Origin: an uncultured Actinomycetes bacterium
GTDB taxonomy: Bacteria; Actinomycetota; Thermoleophilia; UBA2241
Assembly (NCBI GenBank): GCA_963767005.1
Contig: CAVYCN010000018.1
Location: 68,341 to 132,340, forward strand
Length of the DNA stretch: 64,000 bases
Direction: 5' to 3'
Shown here: positions 10,598 to 20,497 of the stretch, piece after piece
How the letters are laid out: every line of letters starts with the position of its first letter
Position numbering within the stretch: the first letter of the stretch is position 1
Translations under genes and position numbers: made by a program
The notes under the pieces: model-generated
What the model was told of the DNA's origin: nothing
Seen by the model: the letters and a program-made list of their open reading frames with translations, nothing else
The model's database searches: none

Positions 10598-11340
10598 ACG
10601 GGCTCCTCGTCGAGCGTCCAGCCGGGGCAGGCGGCGGGATCGACGCGGACGACGTGCAGGCGGCGCTCCGCGAGCGCCGCCCGCACGTCGTCGAAGGTCT
10701 CCCAGGGCACGAAGGGCAGCCCGTCCCGCGCGCAGATGCGGGCCAGCACGTCCTTGGCGAAGACGACGTCGGCGTACACCGCGGCGTAGCGGTCCGAGCT
10801 GCCGTCGCCGACGAAGGCCACCGGCCCGCGCCGGCGGTGATCGAGCACGGCCTGCATCTTGCAGGTGCCGCAGCCGCGACACCGTGGGTGCTCTCGCGGA
10901 TGACGGAGCGTCAGGCCGTCGACGCCCTCGACCAGCACGTTCGTGAGGACCGGCACGTGCGAGAGCCCGGCGGCGGCGAGCAGCGGCTCGACGTAGAAGC
11001 CGAGCCCGTCGCTCACGACCGCCACCTCCACCCCCCGGCCCTGCGCCCAGCGCACGAAGGCAGCGAAGCCGGGATCAAGCGTGATGTGCTCGAGCGCGAA
11101 GGCGAGCAGCTCATCGCGCGGCGCCCGCAGCAGCCGCGCCAGACGCGCCATGTCGGCGCGGTGGGTCGCGCTGCCCTTCCAGCTCGCCCGCGCGAAGTGA
11201 CGCTCCCAATCGTCGCCGACGAAGCGCCGGCAGAGCTCGATGAAGCCGTCGAGCGGGCTCGCCGTGCCGTCGAAGTCGACGAGCACGCTCGCGACCTGCC
11301 ACGCGGGCGGCCGGCCCCCACTGTCGCGCGAAGTCGCCAT
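10594..11340 (-). CDS. HAD-family phosphatase, MtnX-like
   Basis: 'VLVDFDGT', the Cys-rich block 'HPRCRGCGTCK' and 'GDGSSD'. ATG at 11340. Confidence 0.7.
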   Translation of the reverse strand: MATSRDSGGRPPAWQVASVLVDFDGTASPLDGFIELCRRFVGDDWERHFARASWKGSATHRADMARLARLLRAPRDELLAFALEHITLDPGFAAFVRWAQGRGVEVAVVSDGLGFYVEPLLAAAGLSHVPVLTNVLVEGVDGLTLRHPREHPRCRGCGTCKMQAVLDHRRRGPVAFVGDGSSDRYAAVYADVVFAKDVLARICARDGLPFVPWETFDDVRAALAERRLHVVRVDPAACPGWTLDEEPV

Positions 11341-11428
11341 CACGCCCGATCCTGCGCGCGGCCGAGACGGCGCGCAACCCGGGCGCCGGCCGGTGCAATG
11401 GCTCGCCGAAGCGACCGGCGTGGTCGTC

Positions 11429-13102
11429 CTAGGCGGAGGCGCCCGGACCGCGCAGCACCGCGCCACCACGCGCCCCGGTGTGCGCGCCGTCCCACACGGC
11501 GGCCTCACCGTTCACGAAGACGTAGTCCATGCCCTCGGCGTAGCGATGCGGGATGTTCTCGAAGGGCGCCGTGTGCGGGTACGGGTTGGTGGCGCAGTCG
11601 TGCACGCGCTCGAGGTCGAAGACCAGCAGGTCGGCGCGCGCCCCCGGCCGCAGGATGCCGCGATCCCACAAGCCGAAGCGCTGGGCCGGCAGCGACGTCA
11701 TCTTGCGCACGGCCTCCTCGAGGCGCAGCACCTCGCGGTCGCGCACGAAGCGTTCGAGGATGCCGGGGTACTCGCCGAAGCTGCAGGGCCAGTACGCGGT
11801 CGCGTCGTCGGGCGCCGGCAGGGGCTGCACGAGGCCGTCGGAGCAGAACATGCTGAGCGGGTGCCGCGCCACGATCTCGACCTGTTCCGAGTCGATGTAC
11901 TCGAAGATGCCGACGATCTCGTCGCGCGATTCGACGATCAAGTCGAGGAACGTGTCGAAGGAGTCGGCGCCGCGCGCCGTGGCGATGTCGGCGACCGAGC
12001 GGCCGAGCAGCGTCTGGTCGGGTGCGCTCAGCACGACGACGCGCTCGAAGCGGCCGTGCCGCACGAGGCCGGCGTAGCCCGGGCCGGGCCGGTGGTCGTC
12101 GGCGGCGACCTCGCCACGCAGGGCCGCGCGCCGCCCGGGGTCGCGCAGCACGGCGACGAGCTCGTCGACGGCGAGGCTGTGCAGCGGCTGCGGCAGGCCC
12201 CGCGACAGGCGCGGCGCAAGCTCGGTGTGGACGTCGTTGTCGAGCGTGACGTCGAGCCCCGCGGCGCGCGCCCGCTCGATCGCGCCGAGGTTCTCGGCGG
12301 CCCGCGGCCCGCCCCACTTGGGCACGTTGTGCGAGACCTCGACCGGCAGGCCGGCCTCGCGACCGACCAGCAACGCCTCGTCGACGGCGGCGACGATCGT
12401 CTCGCGCTCGCCGCGCACGTGGCTCGTGTAGATGCCGTGGAAGGGCGCGACCACCCGTGCGAGCGCGACGATCTCGTCGGTCGACGAGTAGCAGCCCGGC
12501 GGGTAGACGAGGCCGGTCGACAGACCGTAAGCGCCGGCGGCCATGCTCGCCGCCAACAGGTCCTTCATGACGGCGAGCTCGCGCTCGCCGGCGGGGCGCT
12601 CGTCGAAGCCCATCACCGCCACGCGCAGCGCGCCGTGACCGACCAGCGCGGCGACGTTGATGCCGCAGCCGCCGGCCTCGACGCCGCCGAGATACTCGGC
12701 GAACGTGCGCCAGGTGATCGGCGGCACGTCGAAGTAGAACTCCCACATCTTCACGAGGTCGGCGACGTGGGCGTCGGCGACCGGGGCCGCCGACATGCCG
12801 CAGTTGCCCATGACGTGGGTCGTCACGCCCTGGTAGAGCGCCGACTCGGCGCCGGGGTCGGTGAGCACCGTGAAGTCGGAATGCGTGTGCGGGTCGACAA
12901 AGCCCGGCGTGACGTAGCGGCCGCCGGCGTCGATCACGCGGGGCGCGGGCCGGCCGGCGCGCGGCAGCGCGCCGGCCGGCCCCACCCGCGCCACCAGGCC
13001 GCCCTCGAGCAGCACGTCGGCCGCGACCCAGGGGTTGCCGGCGCCGTCGACCAGCCGACAGCCCGTGATCAGTACGCTGTCGGGGCCGGCCGGGACGCTC
13101 AT
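11429..13102 (-). CDS. N-acyl-D-amino-acid deacylase (D-aminoacylase, amidohydrolase superfamily)
   Basis: 'PGFVDPHTHSD', 'HVMGNCG' and 'SDGLV'. TAG stop. Confidence 0.85.
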   Translation of the reverse strand: MSVPAGPDSVLITGCRLVDGAGNPWVAADVLLEGGLVARVGPAGALPRAGRPAPRVIDAGGRYVTPGFVDPHTHSDFTVLTDPGAESALYQGVTTHVMGNCGMSAAPVADAHVADLVKMWEFYFDVPPITWRTFAEYLGGVEAGGCGINVAALVGHGALRVAVMGFDERPAGERELAVMKDLLAASMAAGAYGLSTGLVYPPGCYSSTDEIVALARVVAPFHGIYTSHVRGERETIVAAVDEALLVGREAGLPVEVSHNVPKWGGPRAAENLGAIERARAAGLDVTLDNDVHTELAPRLSRGLPQPLHSLAVDELVAVLRDPGRRAALRGEVAADDHRPGPGYAGLVRHGRFERVVVLSAPDQTLLGRSVADIATARGADSFDTFLDLIVESRDEIVGIFEYIDSEQVEIVARHPLSMFCSDGLVQPLPAPDDATAYWPCSFGEYPGILERFVRDREVLRLEEAVRKMTSLPAQRFGLWDRGILRPGARADLLVFDLERVHDCATNPYPHTAPFENIPHRYAEGMDYVFVNGEAAVWDGAHTGARGGAVLRGPGASA

Positions 13103-13141
13103 GGGCTCCTCCTGGTCGCGCGCGCGGGATCCCGCGCGCGC

Positions 13142-14305
13142 TCAGACGCCGTAGGCGGCGCGCACCAGTGCGAGATAGTCCTCGTAGCCGGCGTCGCGCG
13201 CATTGTCGGGCGAGCATACATGCTCAGCCGACAGCCGCGCGACCTGCTCGGCCTCGGCGTCGGACAGCGGCTGCAGCTCGCGCAGCGCCGGGATGCCGAT
13301 CTCGCGCATGAGGGCCCGCACCCGCTCGACGCCCGCGGCCGCCGCCGCCGCGTCGTCGCGGCCGCCGACCTCGACGCCGAGCGCCGCCGCGACACGCGCG
13401 TGCTTGACGGGATCGGCCGGCGCGTTGAACTCGAGCACGGCCGGCAGGAACACGGCGCAGGCCAGGCCGTGCGGCGTGTCGAACACGCCGCCCAGGCTCT
13501 CGCCCAGGCAGTGCACCGCTCCGACATCGGCGTTGCCGAACGCCATGCCGGCCAGCAGGCTGCCGAGCAGCATGTCGCTGCGCGCCGCGCGGTCGGTGCC
13601 ATCGGCGACGGCCCGCGGCAGGGCGCCGCCGACGAGGCCGATCGCGCGCAGTGCGAGGGCGTCGCTCACCGGGTTGGCGGCCTTGCAGGTGTAGGCCTCG
13701 ACCGCGTGGATCAGCGCGTCCATGCCGGTCGAGGCGGTGAGCGCGAGCGGCAGCGACGCGGTGAGCTCGGGGTCGAGCACGGCGACGCGCGGCGCGATGC
13801 GCGGGTCGAGGAGCGTCATCTTGTAGTGATGCTCCTCGTCGGTGATCACGGCGACCCAGGTGACCTCGCTACCGGTACCAGCTGTGGTCGGCACGGCGAG
13901 CAGCGGGATGGGCGGCTTCTCGGGCACCTTGGGGTCTTCCCAATCCTTCACGCGGCCGCCGTTCGTCACCAGGGTGGCGGCCGCCTTGGCGACGTCGATC
14001 GCGCTGCCCCCGCCGAGGCCGACGATGGCCCCGGCGCCGGCCGCGAGGGCCGCGTCGGCCGCCGCCCGGCACTCGGCGTCGCGCGGGTTCGACGAGATCG
14101 CCGAGAACACGGTGCACTCGCGACCGGCTGCCTTCACGATGCCGGCGACGCGGTCGGCCAGGCCCGCCGCGACGAGGCCGGCGTCGGTGATCAGCAGGAC
14201 GGCACCGTCCGACAGCGCCGCCGCTTCCTGGCCCACCTCGGCGACTCTGCCGGGTCCGAACACGATGCGGGTGGCAAGCTGGAAGCCGAAGGCGACATCG
14301 TCCAT
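13142..14305 (-). CDS. iron-containing alcohol dehydrogenase
   Basis: 'GLGGGSAIDVAKA' and 'GTGSEVT'. AAAGGAG Shine-Dalgarno before ATG 14305. Confidence 0.85.
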   Translation of the reverse strand: MDDVAFGFQLATRIVFGPGRVAEVGQEAAALSDGAVLLITDAGLVAAGLADRVAGIVKAAGRECTVFSAISSNPRDAECRAAADAALAAGAGAIVGLGGGSAIDVAKAAATLVTNGGRVKDWEDPKVPEKPPIPLLAVPTTAGTGSEVTWVAVITDEEHHYKMTLLDPRIAPRVAVLDPELTASLPLALTASTGMDALIHAVEAYTCKAANPVSDALALRAIGLVGGALPRAVADGTDRAARSDMLLGSLLAGMAFGNADVGAVHCLGESLGGVFDTPHGLACAVFLPAVLEFNAPADPVKHARVAAALGVEVGGRDDAAAAAAGVERVRALMREIGIPALRELQPLSDAEAEQVARLSAEHVCSPDNARDAGYEDYLALVRAAYGV

Positions 14306-14528
14306 GACTGCTCCTTTGGGCGGACCCAACGTGGCACGGTAGCCGGATGGTATCGCCCGGGAAACGACGCTTGAACGGCCGGCCAGAAGGCCGTGCGCAC
14401 GGCCGTGGCCGTCTGCACCCGGGGCCTCGCCGCCGGCGGTGCAACCGCACACCGCAAGGCTACGCGCGCGGCGCCGATCGACGGTCCGGCTCCGAACGCC
14501 CCGGGTGGCACGGGGTCGACCGGCGCCG

Positions 14529-16271
14529 TCAGCCTCGAGGCAGCTCGCGGGCGGCCAGCACGTCGGCGGCACGCAGGCCCAGGTAGACCTCGACCAGGCC
14601 ACCGCTCGCCGCCAGGTCGACGCCGAGGAGCTGCTCGATCCGCGCCAGACGCTTGCGCAGGGTGTTGCGGTGCACGAAGAGCACCTCGGCGGTCTCGCCG
14701 ACCTGGCAGCCGTGCGCCAGATAGGCCTCGAGCGTGTCGAGCAGCCCGGTGCCGCGGCGCGCGTCGGTCGAGCGCAGGCGGTCGGCGACCGCCGCCCGCA
14801 GCTGGGTCAGCACCTCGGTCGAGAGCGCGTCGAGAGCCAGGTAGCGCGCCCCGAGCTCCTCGAACAGCGTGACCGTCGGCGCCGGCCGCGAGCGCGCCGT
14901 GGGCGGCGCCTGTCCCGGCCGCGCCCCGCCGGTCGACCGGTCGAGAGCCGCCGAAGCGCCGACGCCGTCGCCCGCGTCGCGGCCGTGGTACAGTGCGAGG
15001 CGCGCCTGGCCGGCGGCGCGCCGCACCTGCTCGACGCCGGTCGCCGCCGCCGACACGCCGACCGGCAGCGAGCCGAGGTCGGTGCGTACGCCCACCGTCT
15101 CGGCGACCTCGCCGAAGAACCGCGCCGCCGCCTCGCCGCCCGCACCGGCGACCGCCGCCGGGCAGAACGCGAACACCTCGGCGCCGAGGCGGTGCGACAG
15201 GAACGGCACGTCGCGCTCCTCGAGCAGGCCGTCGAGGGCCGCGTGCGCCGCGGCCGCCGGTGCGACGCCGACGCCGAGCACCGCCACCCGCCAGGGCTCG
15301 CCGGGCTCGATGCCCTGGTTGACGAGGCGCTCGGCGAGCTCACCCGGGCCGCCGCGCTCGTGCAGCAGCAGCTCGAGCAGGCCCGAGCGGGCGCGCCGCC
15401 GCGAGTCGGCCGTGACGTGGATCGTGCCGAGGCTCACCTCGAGCAGCCGCTGCGCGAACGACAGCGAGGCGTCGGCGAGCTCCGAGATCAGCCGGCCCGC
15501 AGGGTGGACGACGAGCAGCAGCCGCTCGAGGCGGCCACCGACCCGCACCTCGCGAAAGCCGACCCAGCGGTCGTCGAGCTCGAACACCGAGCGCGGCGCG
15601 CCCTGCCGGGTGAGGCGGTCGTACTCGCGCCAGGCACGCGCGACGAGCTCGCGCTCGTCGGCCGCCGGATTCGGCCCCGACGAGCTCGCCAGCACGCGCC
15701 CGGCGCGGTCGAACACGACCGCCTGGGCGCCGAGCAGCTCGCCCAGGCGCCCGACCAGGGCCTCGACGCTGTGCTCGTCGAGCAGCGCGTCGACGAGGCA
15801 CTGCTGCATGGCGACGCTGCGCCGCAGGCGGTGCATGTCGCGCGAGGCGAGGGCGTTGAAGACGTAGCTCGTGATCAGCCGGAAGGGCGTCTCCTCGGGC
15901 ACGCGCAGGATCGGCAGGCCCTCGTCGTCGCCGGCCCGCAGCATGGCGTCCGGGATCACGCGCACGTTGGGCTGGATGGCCACGCCCACGCCCGCCATGC
16001 CGCTGCGCTTGAGCAGGCGCACGAGCCGCACGCCCGACTCGGGGTCGGCTTCGAGACGCGGTCCCGTAGTGAGCACGACGCTGCCCTGTACCATCCAGGG
16101 CGTCGGGTCGTCGAGGTCGCCGATGTACACGGCCTCGACGACCTTGGACAGGCCGGCGCGGCCGGCCACCACCTGCAGGTGCAGGTCGGGGGCCTTGACG
16201 AGCTCGGCGACCGTGAGGCCGCCCGGCGGCAGGCCGCCGTCGTCGACGGGGTTGAGGCGCTGCGGCTGCAC
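14529..16271 (-). CDS. PucR/CdaR-family transcriptional regulator
   Basis: N-terminal PucR-like domain and C-terminal HTH '[20 protein letters not shown]'. Confidence 0.8.
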   Translation of the reverse strand: MQPQRLNPVDDGGLPPGGLTVAELVKAPDLHLQVVAGRAGLSKVVEAVYIGDLDDPTPWMVQGSVVLTTGPRLEADPESGVRLVRLLKRSGMAGVGVAIQPNVRVIPDAMLRAGDDEGLPILRVPEETPFRLITSYVFNALASRDMHRLRRSVAMQQCLVDALLDEHSVEALVGRLGELLGAQAVVFDRAGRVLASSSGPNPAADERELVARAWREYDRLTRQGAPRSVFELDDRWVGFREVRVGGRLERLLLVVHPAGRLISELADASLSFAQRLLEVSLGTIHVTADSRRRARSGLLELLLHERGGPGELAERLVNQGIEPGEPWRVAVLGVGVAPAAAAHAALDGLLEERDVPFLSHRLGAEVFAFCPAAVAGAGGEAAARFFGEVAETVGVRTDLGSLPVGVSAAATGVEQVRRAAGQARLALYHGRDAGDGVGASAALDRSTGGARPGQAPPTARSRPAPTVTLFEELGARYLALDALSTEVLTQLRAAVADRLRSTDARRGTGLLDTLEAYLAHGCQVGETAEVLFVHRNTLRKRLARIEQLLGVDLAASGGLVEVYLGLRAADVLAARELPRG

Positions 16272-16396
16272 GACGGTCAGCCTATACCGTCGCGCGGAGC
16301 GACGTCTCGCCGGCCGTGGCCGGCGCGGGCTTCTGGGGGGCAGAGAGCCCGCGCCGGCCGGACGCCGCGGCCGGCGTCAGCAGACCCGGCCGCGGC

Positions 16397-17332
16397 TCAC
16401 CGCAAAAAGAGCGCGGCGACGGCCTTCTCGGTGTGCATGCGGTTCTCACCCTGGTCCCAGAAGGCGCAGTAGGGGCTCTCGATGACCTCGTCGACCATGT
16501 CCTCGCCGCGGTAGCCCGGCAGGCAGTGCATGTAGATCACGTCAGGCTTGGCCATCTCGATCACGCGCATGTTGACCTGGTAGGGGGCGAAGTCCTTGAG
16601 GCGCTGCTCGCGGTTCTCGGTGGCCATCGAGTGCCAGGTGTTGCCGTAGATCACGTCGGCCTGGCCGGCGACCTCTTCGAGGTCGGGCGTATAGACGATC
16701 TTCGACCCCGAGAGGGCGGCCCACTTCTGGGCGATCGCGAGCTGCTCGGCGTTGGGCTGATAGCTCTCGTTGGGCTGGGCGGCGTAGAAGTCCATGCCGA
16801 GCATGGCGGAGCCCATCATGAGCGAGTGGCAGACGTTCCAGATGTCGCCCAGGTAGGCGACCTTGAGGCCCTTGTAGTGGCCCTTCTTCTCTTTGATCGT
16901 CATCAGGTCGCAGAGGCCTTGGCAGGGGTGGGTCTCGTTGGTCAGCGCGTTGATCACCGGGTTGAGCATGTAGCGGGCGAACTCCTCGACGACCTCCTGG
17001 CCGAAGGTGCGGATGAAGAGGCCCTCGCAGTAGCGGTCGATGATGCGCGCCGTGTCTGAGATCGGCTCGCCGCGGCTGGTCTGCATCTGGTCGGGGCTCA
17101 TGTAGAAGGTCTGGCCGCCGAGCTGGGCGATGCCCGCCTGAAAGCTCAGGCGGGTGCGCGTCGATGCCTTCTCGAAGATCAGGGCGACGGTCTTGCCGCG
17201 CAGCGGCTCGAAGAGCTCGCCGATCAGGCGCTTGCGCTTGAGCTCGATCGCCGTGTCGACGATGAAGCGCACCTCGTCGGGGGTGAAGTCGGCGAGCTTC
17301 AGGAAGTCTCTGCCCTGGAAGTGGTGCTGCAT
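16397..17332 (-). CDS. ornithine-carbamoyltransferase-family enzyme with an atypical second-substrate motif
   Basis: 'STRTR', 'HPCQ' and 'HCLP' are present. The ornithine-binding 'DxxxSMG' is replaced by 'NTWHSMA'. Confidence 0.85.
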   Translation of the reverse strand: MQHHFQGRDFLKLADFTPDEVRFIVDTAIELKRKRLIGELFEPLRGKTVALIFEKASTRTRLSFQAGIAQLGGQTFYMSPDQMQTSRGEPISDTARIIDRYCEGLFIRTFGQEVVEEFARYMLNPVINALTNETHPCQGLCDLMTIKEKKGHYKGLKVAYLGDIWNVCHSLMMGSAMLGMDFYAAQPNESYQPNAEQLAIAQKWAALSGSKIVYTPDLEEVAGQADVIYGNTWHSMATENREQRLKDFAPYQVNMRVIEMAKPDVIYMHCLPGYRGEDMVDEVIESPYCAFWDQGENRMHTEKAVAALFLR

Positions 17333-17347
17333 GGTAGGGGGCTCCTC

Positions 17348-17992
17348 TCAGTCCGTCCAGCCGTAGGCTCTGATCGGCGAGCCGTCGCCGCCGGCCAGGC
17401 GCAGCGGCACGAAGGCGCAGTGTGCGGCCCGGCCGGCGGCCAGGCCCGCCAGCTCGGTCAGATTGGTCAGGTTCTCGACGATCAGCACGTCGGCGCCCAG
17501 CAGGATCTCGTGGGCATGGGTCGTGTCCTGCAGCGAGCTGTCGACGTTGAAGGCGTCGGTGCCGACCAGGCCTACGCCGGCGGCCACGACGGCCCGGCAG
17601 GCCCCGGCGCCGAGCCAGGGGTGCTCGAACATGCCGGCGCCGCCCCAGTGACGATCCCAGCCGGTGGCCAGTAGCAGGGCGCCGCCGGCCGGCAGCCGCG
17701 CGAGCGCGGCGGCGAGCGCAGGCTCGCCGATCTCGTCGTCGGCGCCCGCCGTCACGCTCGCCACCACGGCCGGCAGCACGAAGCGCTCGAGCGGGTACTC
17801 GTCGATCGCGGAGCCGCCGCGCACGTAGTGGCCGGCGGCGTCGATGTGGGTGCCGCTGTGGCTGCCGAGCGCCAGGCGCGAGACACGCCAGGGCTCGCCG
17901 ACGGCGGCGTCGACGAGCTCGACGACCGGATCGCCGGGGTAGATCGGCATCCCGGTCGCGAGCTCGTGACTCAGATCGACGAAGTGCGTCAC
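17348..17992 (-). CDS. cyclase-family protein (kynurenine formamidase / isatin hydrolase-like)
   Basis: 'HSGTHIDAAGHY' (HxGTHxDxPxH). GTG start overlapping the permease stop (GTGA). Confidence 0.8.
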   Translation of the reverse strand: MTHFVDLSHELATGMPIYPGDPVVELVDAAVGEPWRVSRLALGSHSGTHIDAAGHYVRGGSAIDEYPLERFVLPAVVASVTAGADDEIGEPALAAALARLPAGGALLLATGWDRHWGGAGMFEHPWLGAGACRAVVAAGVGLVGTDAFNVDSSLQDTTHAHEILLGADVLIVENLTNLTELAGLAAGRAAHCAFVPLRLAGGDGSPIRAYGWTD

Positions 17993-19464
17993 GCGTTTGC
18001 TCCGGCGCGGTGCAGCTCCCTGTCGCTGGCCTCGATCGCGGCGTACTCGCTCGCCGGGTCGAAGTTGCGGGTCAGCAGGAAGTAGGCGGCGGCGGTGACG
18101 ACCACGCCGACCATCCAGGCGATGTCGACGCTGTTCAGGTAGTGACCGGCGATCGGCCCCGTGAAGTAGCTCTTCAGACTGACCAGGTTGAGCAGCACCA
18201 TGAAGGGGACCTCGGCCGCGAAGCCGATCGCATAGGCCAGCATGCCGCGCGGCGACCAGACACCGTAGATGCCGTGCGGCTTGAAGATGTCGACGATCGA
18301 GTAATGGCCGCGACGCACGAAGAAGAAGTCGATCAGGTTGGTCGTGGTCCACGGCACGAGCAGGTAGAGCATGAGGGTCAGGGCGGTGTCGACGACGCCC
18401 ACGGCGCTCGTCGAGATCGCCTTCGCGATCACGAACCAGATCACCGTCAGCACGAGGATCGTGACGATCCGCGCGCGCTTGGTGGGTGTCACCTTGCGGA
18501 ACGAGTCGACGCCGGCCAGCGTGGTGAGCATGCCGCCGTAGGCGTTCATGCCCATCGTCGCGGCGAGCGCGCTGGCCGACACGAACGCGGTGAGGCCGCC
18601 GAGGTGGCCGATCACATGGTTGCCGGCACTCTGCAGGCCGACGAGGCCGTCGGTCGCGCCCAGACGGACGGCGAGCCAGGCGCCCAGGGCGATCAGCCAG
18701 ACCGATGGGATCGCCGCGCCGCTGAACACCCAGGCGATGGTCGAGCCCTTGGCGGTGCGGCGCGGCAGGTAGCGCGAGTAGTCGGACACATAGCCGGCGT
18801 AGGTCAGGTTGTAGGCGGCCGCCGCCGAGAGCTGCGCCATAAAGCCGGTCCAGTTGAAGCCGTAGGCCGTGTGGCTGGCGACGTGGCCGGCGTGACCGGT
18901 GAGGATGCCGATCGAGATGATGCCGACGAGCGGCAGCGAGATGTAGAGCAGCCAGCGGAACATGCGGTGCAGCCAGTCGTAGCCGTAGATGGCCAGCAGC
19001 GCGGCGCCGGCCGTCGCAACGACGGCGATGACGTTCGCGTTCCAGCCGAAGGTGCCGTGCAGACCCTGAGCGAGCAGCACCTGGTCGGCCACGTTGAAGG
19101 CCATGTACGTGAAGAGCATGGCAAAGAGCGGCACGACCACGCCGCGAAAGCCGAACTGGGCGCGCGACTGGATCATCTGCGGCAGCCCGAGCACCGGCCC
19201 CTGGGTCGCGTGGAAGGCCATGAAGACCGTGCCGGCGACGATGCCGAGCAGGCCGGCCAGGATGGTCCAGTACAGCGACAGGCCGAAGGCCGGACCGATG
19301 AAGCCGATGGGGATCGTGAAGTACTGGAAGTTCCCCAGGAACCACAGCGGCCCCTGATGCCACACCTTGCCGTGTCGCTCGGAGTCGGGGATCCAGTCGA
19401 TGGAGCGCACCTCGATCCCGCTGATGCCGCTCGGGGTGCGCGTCGGTGACTCAACCGTGGCCAT
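17989..19464 (-). CDS. NCS1-family nucleobase/hydantoin:cation symporter
   Basis: 12-TMS profile typical of cytosine/purine/allantoin permeases. GAGGAGAG Shine-Dalgarno before ATG 19464. Confidence 0.85.
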   Translation of the reverse strand: MATVESPTRTPSGISGIEVRSIDWIPDSERHGKVWHQGPLWFLGNFQYFTIPIGFIGPAFGLSLYWTILAGLLGIVAGTVFMAFHATQGPVLGLPQMIQSRAQFGFRGVVVPLFAMLFTYMAFNVADQVLLAQGLHGTFGWNANVIAVVATAGAALLAIYGYDWLHRMFRWLLYISLPLVGIISIGILTGHAGHVASHTAYGFNWTGFMAQLSAAAAYNLTYAGYVSDYSRYLPRRTAKGSTIAWVFSGAAIPSVWLIALGAWLAVRLGATDGLVGLQSAGNHVIGHLGGLTAFVSASALAATMGMNAYGGMLTTLAGVDSFRKVTPTKRARIVTILVLTVIWFVIAKAISTSAVGVVDTALTLMLYLLVPWTTTNLIDFFFVRRGHYSIVDIFKPHGIYGVWSPRGMLAYAIGFAAEVPFMVLLNLVSLKSYFTGPIAGHYLNSVDIAWMVGVVVTAAAYFLLTRNFDPASEYAAIEASDRELHRAGANA

Positions 19465-19587
19465 GGCAAGCTCTCCTCTCGCCTGACGTCGTTGGGGCTG
19501 GCCGGTGGGCTGCTGCTGATCGTGCACGATCCACGGCGACCGCCACAGGCGTCGCCGGACAGAGGGACAAAAGCAGGCGCGGACGGC

Positions 19588-20487
19588 TCACGACCGTCCC
19601 GCCTGACGGGGCGCGCCGGCGCGGGCGGCGGCCGGCATGCCGGCCGCCGCCCGCGCCGGCGCGCTCACCGCGGCGTAGAGCTCGGGGCGCCGGTCGCGCA
19701 GCTGCGAGCCGTAGCCCGCGCGCGCCTGCCGGGTGTGTTCCAGGTCGACGGCGCCGGCGAGCAGAGCGTCCTCGCCGTCGTCGAGCGCGGCGACCTGGTG
19801 CCCGAAGCAATCGACGATGCGCGAGTGGCCCGAGAACGACGCCGGCCCGTCGGGTCCGGTGCGGTTGACCGCGACGTGCGGCACGACGTTGTCGTAGGCG
19901 CGGGCCGCGACCGCGAGCTCCCAGTCGGCGACGTAGGGGTCCTCCCAGGCGCCGATCGTGACGAGCAGCTCGGCGCCGGCCAGCGCGTGCGTGCGGGCGA
20001 CCTCGGGAAAGGCCGCGTCCCAGCAGATCATGAGACCGAGCTCGCCGAGCGATGTGGCGACGATCGGCAGCTCGTCGCCGTCGGCGAAGTGGCGGAGCTC
20101 GGTCTTGAGGCAGTGCGTCTTGCGGTACGAGACCACGGGGCGGCCGTTGCGCTCGAAGACGGCGGCCGCGTCGTAGATCAGGCCGGGCGCGCCGCCCGCC
20201 TCGGCGTAGCCCGCGATCAGCACCACGTCGAGCTCGGCGGCGAGGGCGGCAAGGGCCCGCAGGCTGGCGCCGTCGGGCCAGGGTTCGGCCAGCGCGGCGA
20301 ACCGCTCGCCGGCCGAGTAGCCGGTGACGGCGAGCTCGGGCGCGACCAGCAGCGCGAGCTCGGGTTGCGCCGCCTTGAGCTCGCGCCCGAGCGCGGCCAT
20401 ACGGGCCACGTTGGCCGCAGGGTCGCCGGTCGTAGGCCGCAGCTGGATGCCGCCGGCGACGATCACGGACGCACGCGGGCGGGCCAT
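19588..20487 (-). CDS. carbon-nitrogen hydrolase (nitrilase superfamily; N-carbamoyl amidase-like)
   Basis: 'YRKTHC' (Lys) and 'ICWD' (Cys) catalytic motifs. Confidence 0.8.
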   Translation of the reverse strand: MARPRASVIVAGGIQLRPTTGDPAANVARMAALGRELKAAQPELALLVAPELAVTGYSAGERFAALAEPWPDGASLRALAALAAELDVVLIAGYAEAGGAPGLIYDAAAVFERNGRPVVSYRKTHCLKTELRHFADGDELPIVATSLGELGLMICWDAAFPEVARTHALAGAELLVTIGAWEDPYVADWELAVAARAYDNVVPHVAVNRTGPDGPASFSGHSRIVDCFGHQVAALDDGEDALLAGAVDLEHTRQARAGYGSQLRDRRPELYAAVSAPARAAAGMPAAARAGAPRQAGRS

Positions 20488-20497
20488 CGGGCTCCTC

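Noticed and set aside
16397-17332. Annotating the transcarbamylase simply as argF/arcB.
   Set aside because: The ornithine-binding SMG motif is not conserved, and the gene sits in a catabolic operon with a DDAH-like hydrolase. The substrate assignment is unsafe.
17348-19363. 671-aa ORF spanning the cyclase and permease region as one gene.
   Set aside because: Its upstream two-thirds is an alternative frame across the NCS1 permease. The real cyclase gene starts at the GTG overlapping the permease stop.
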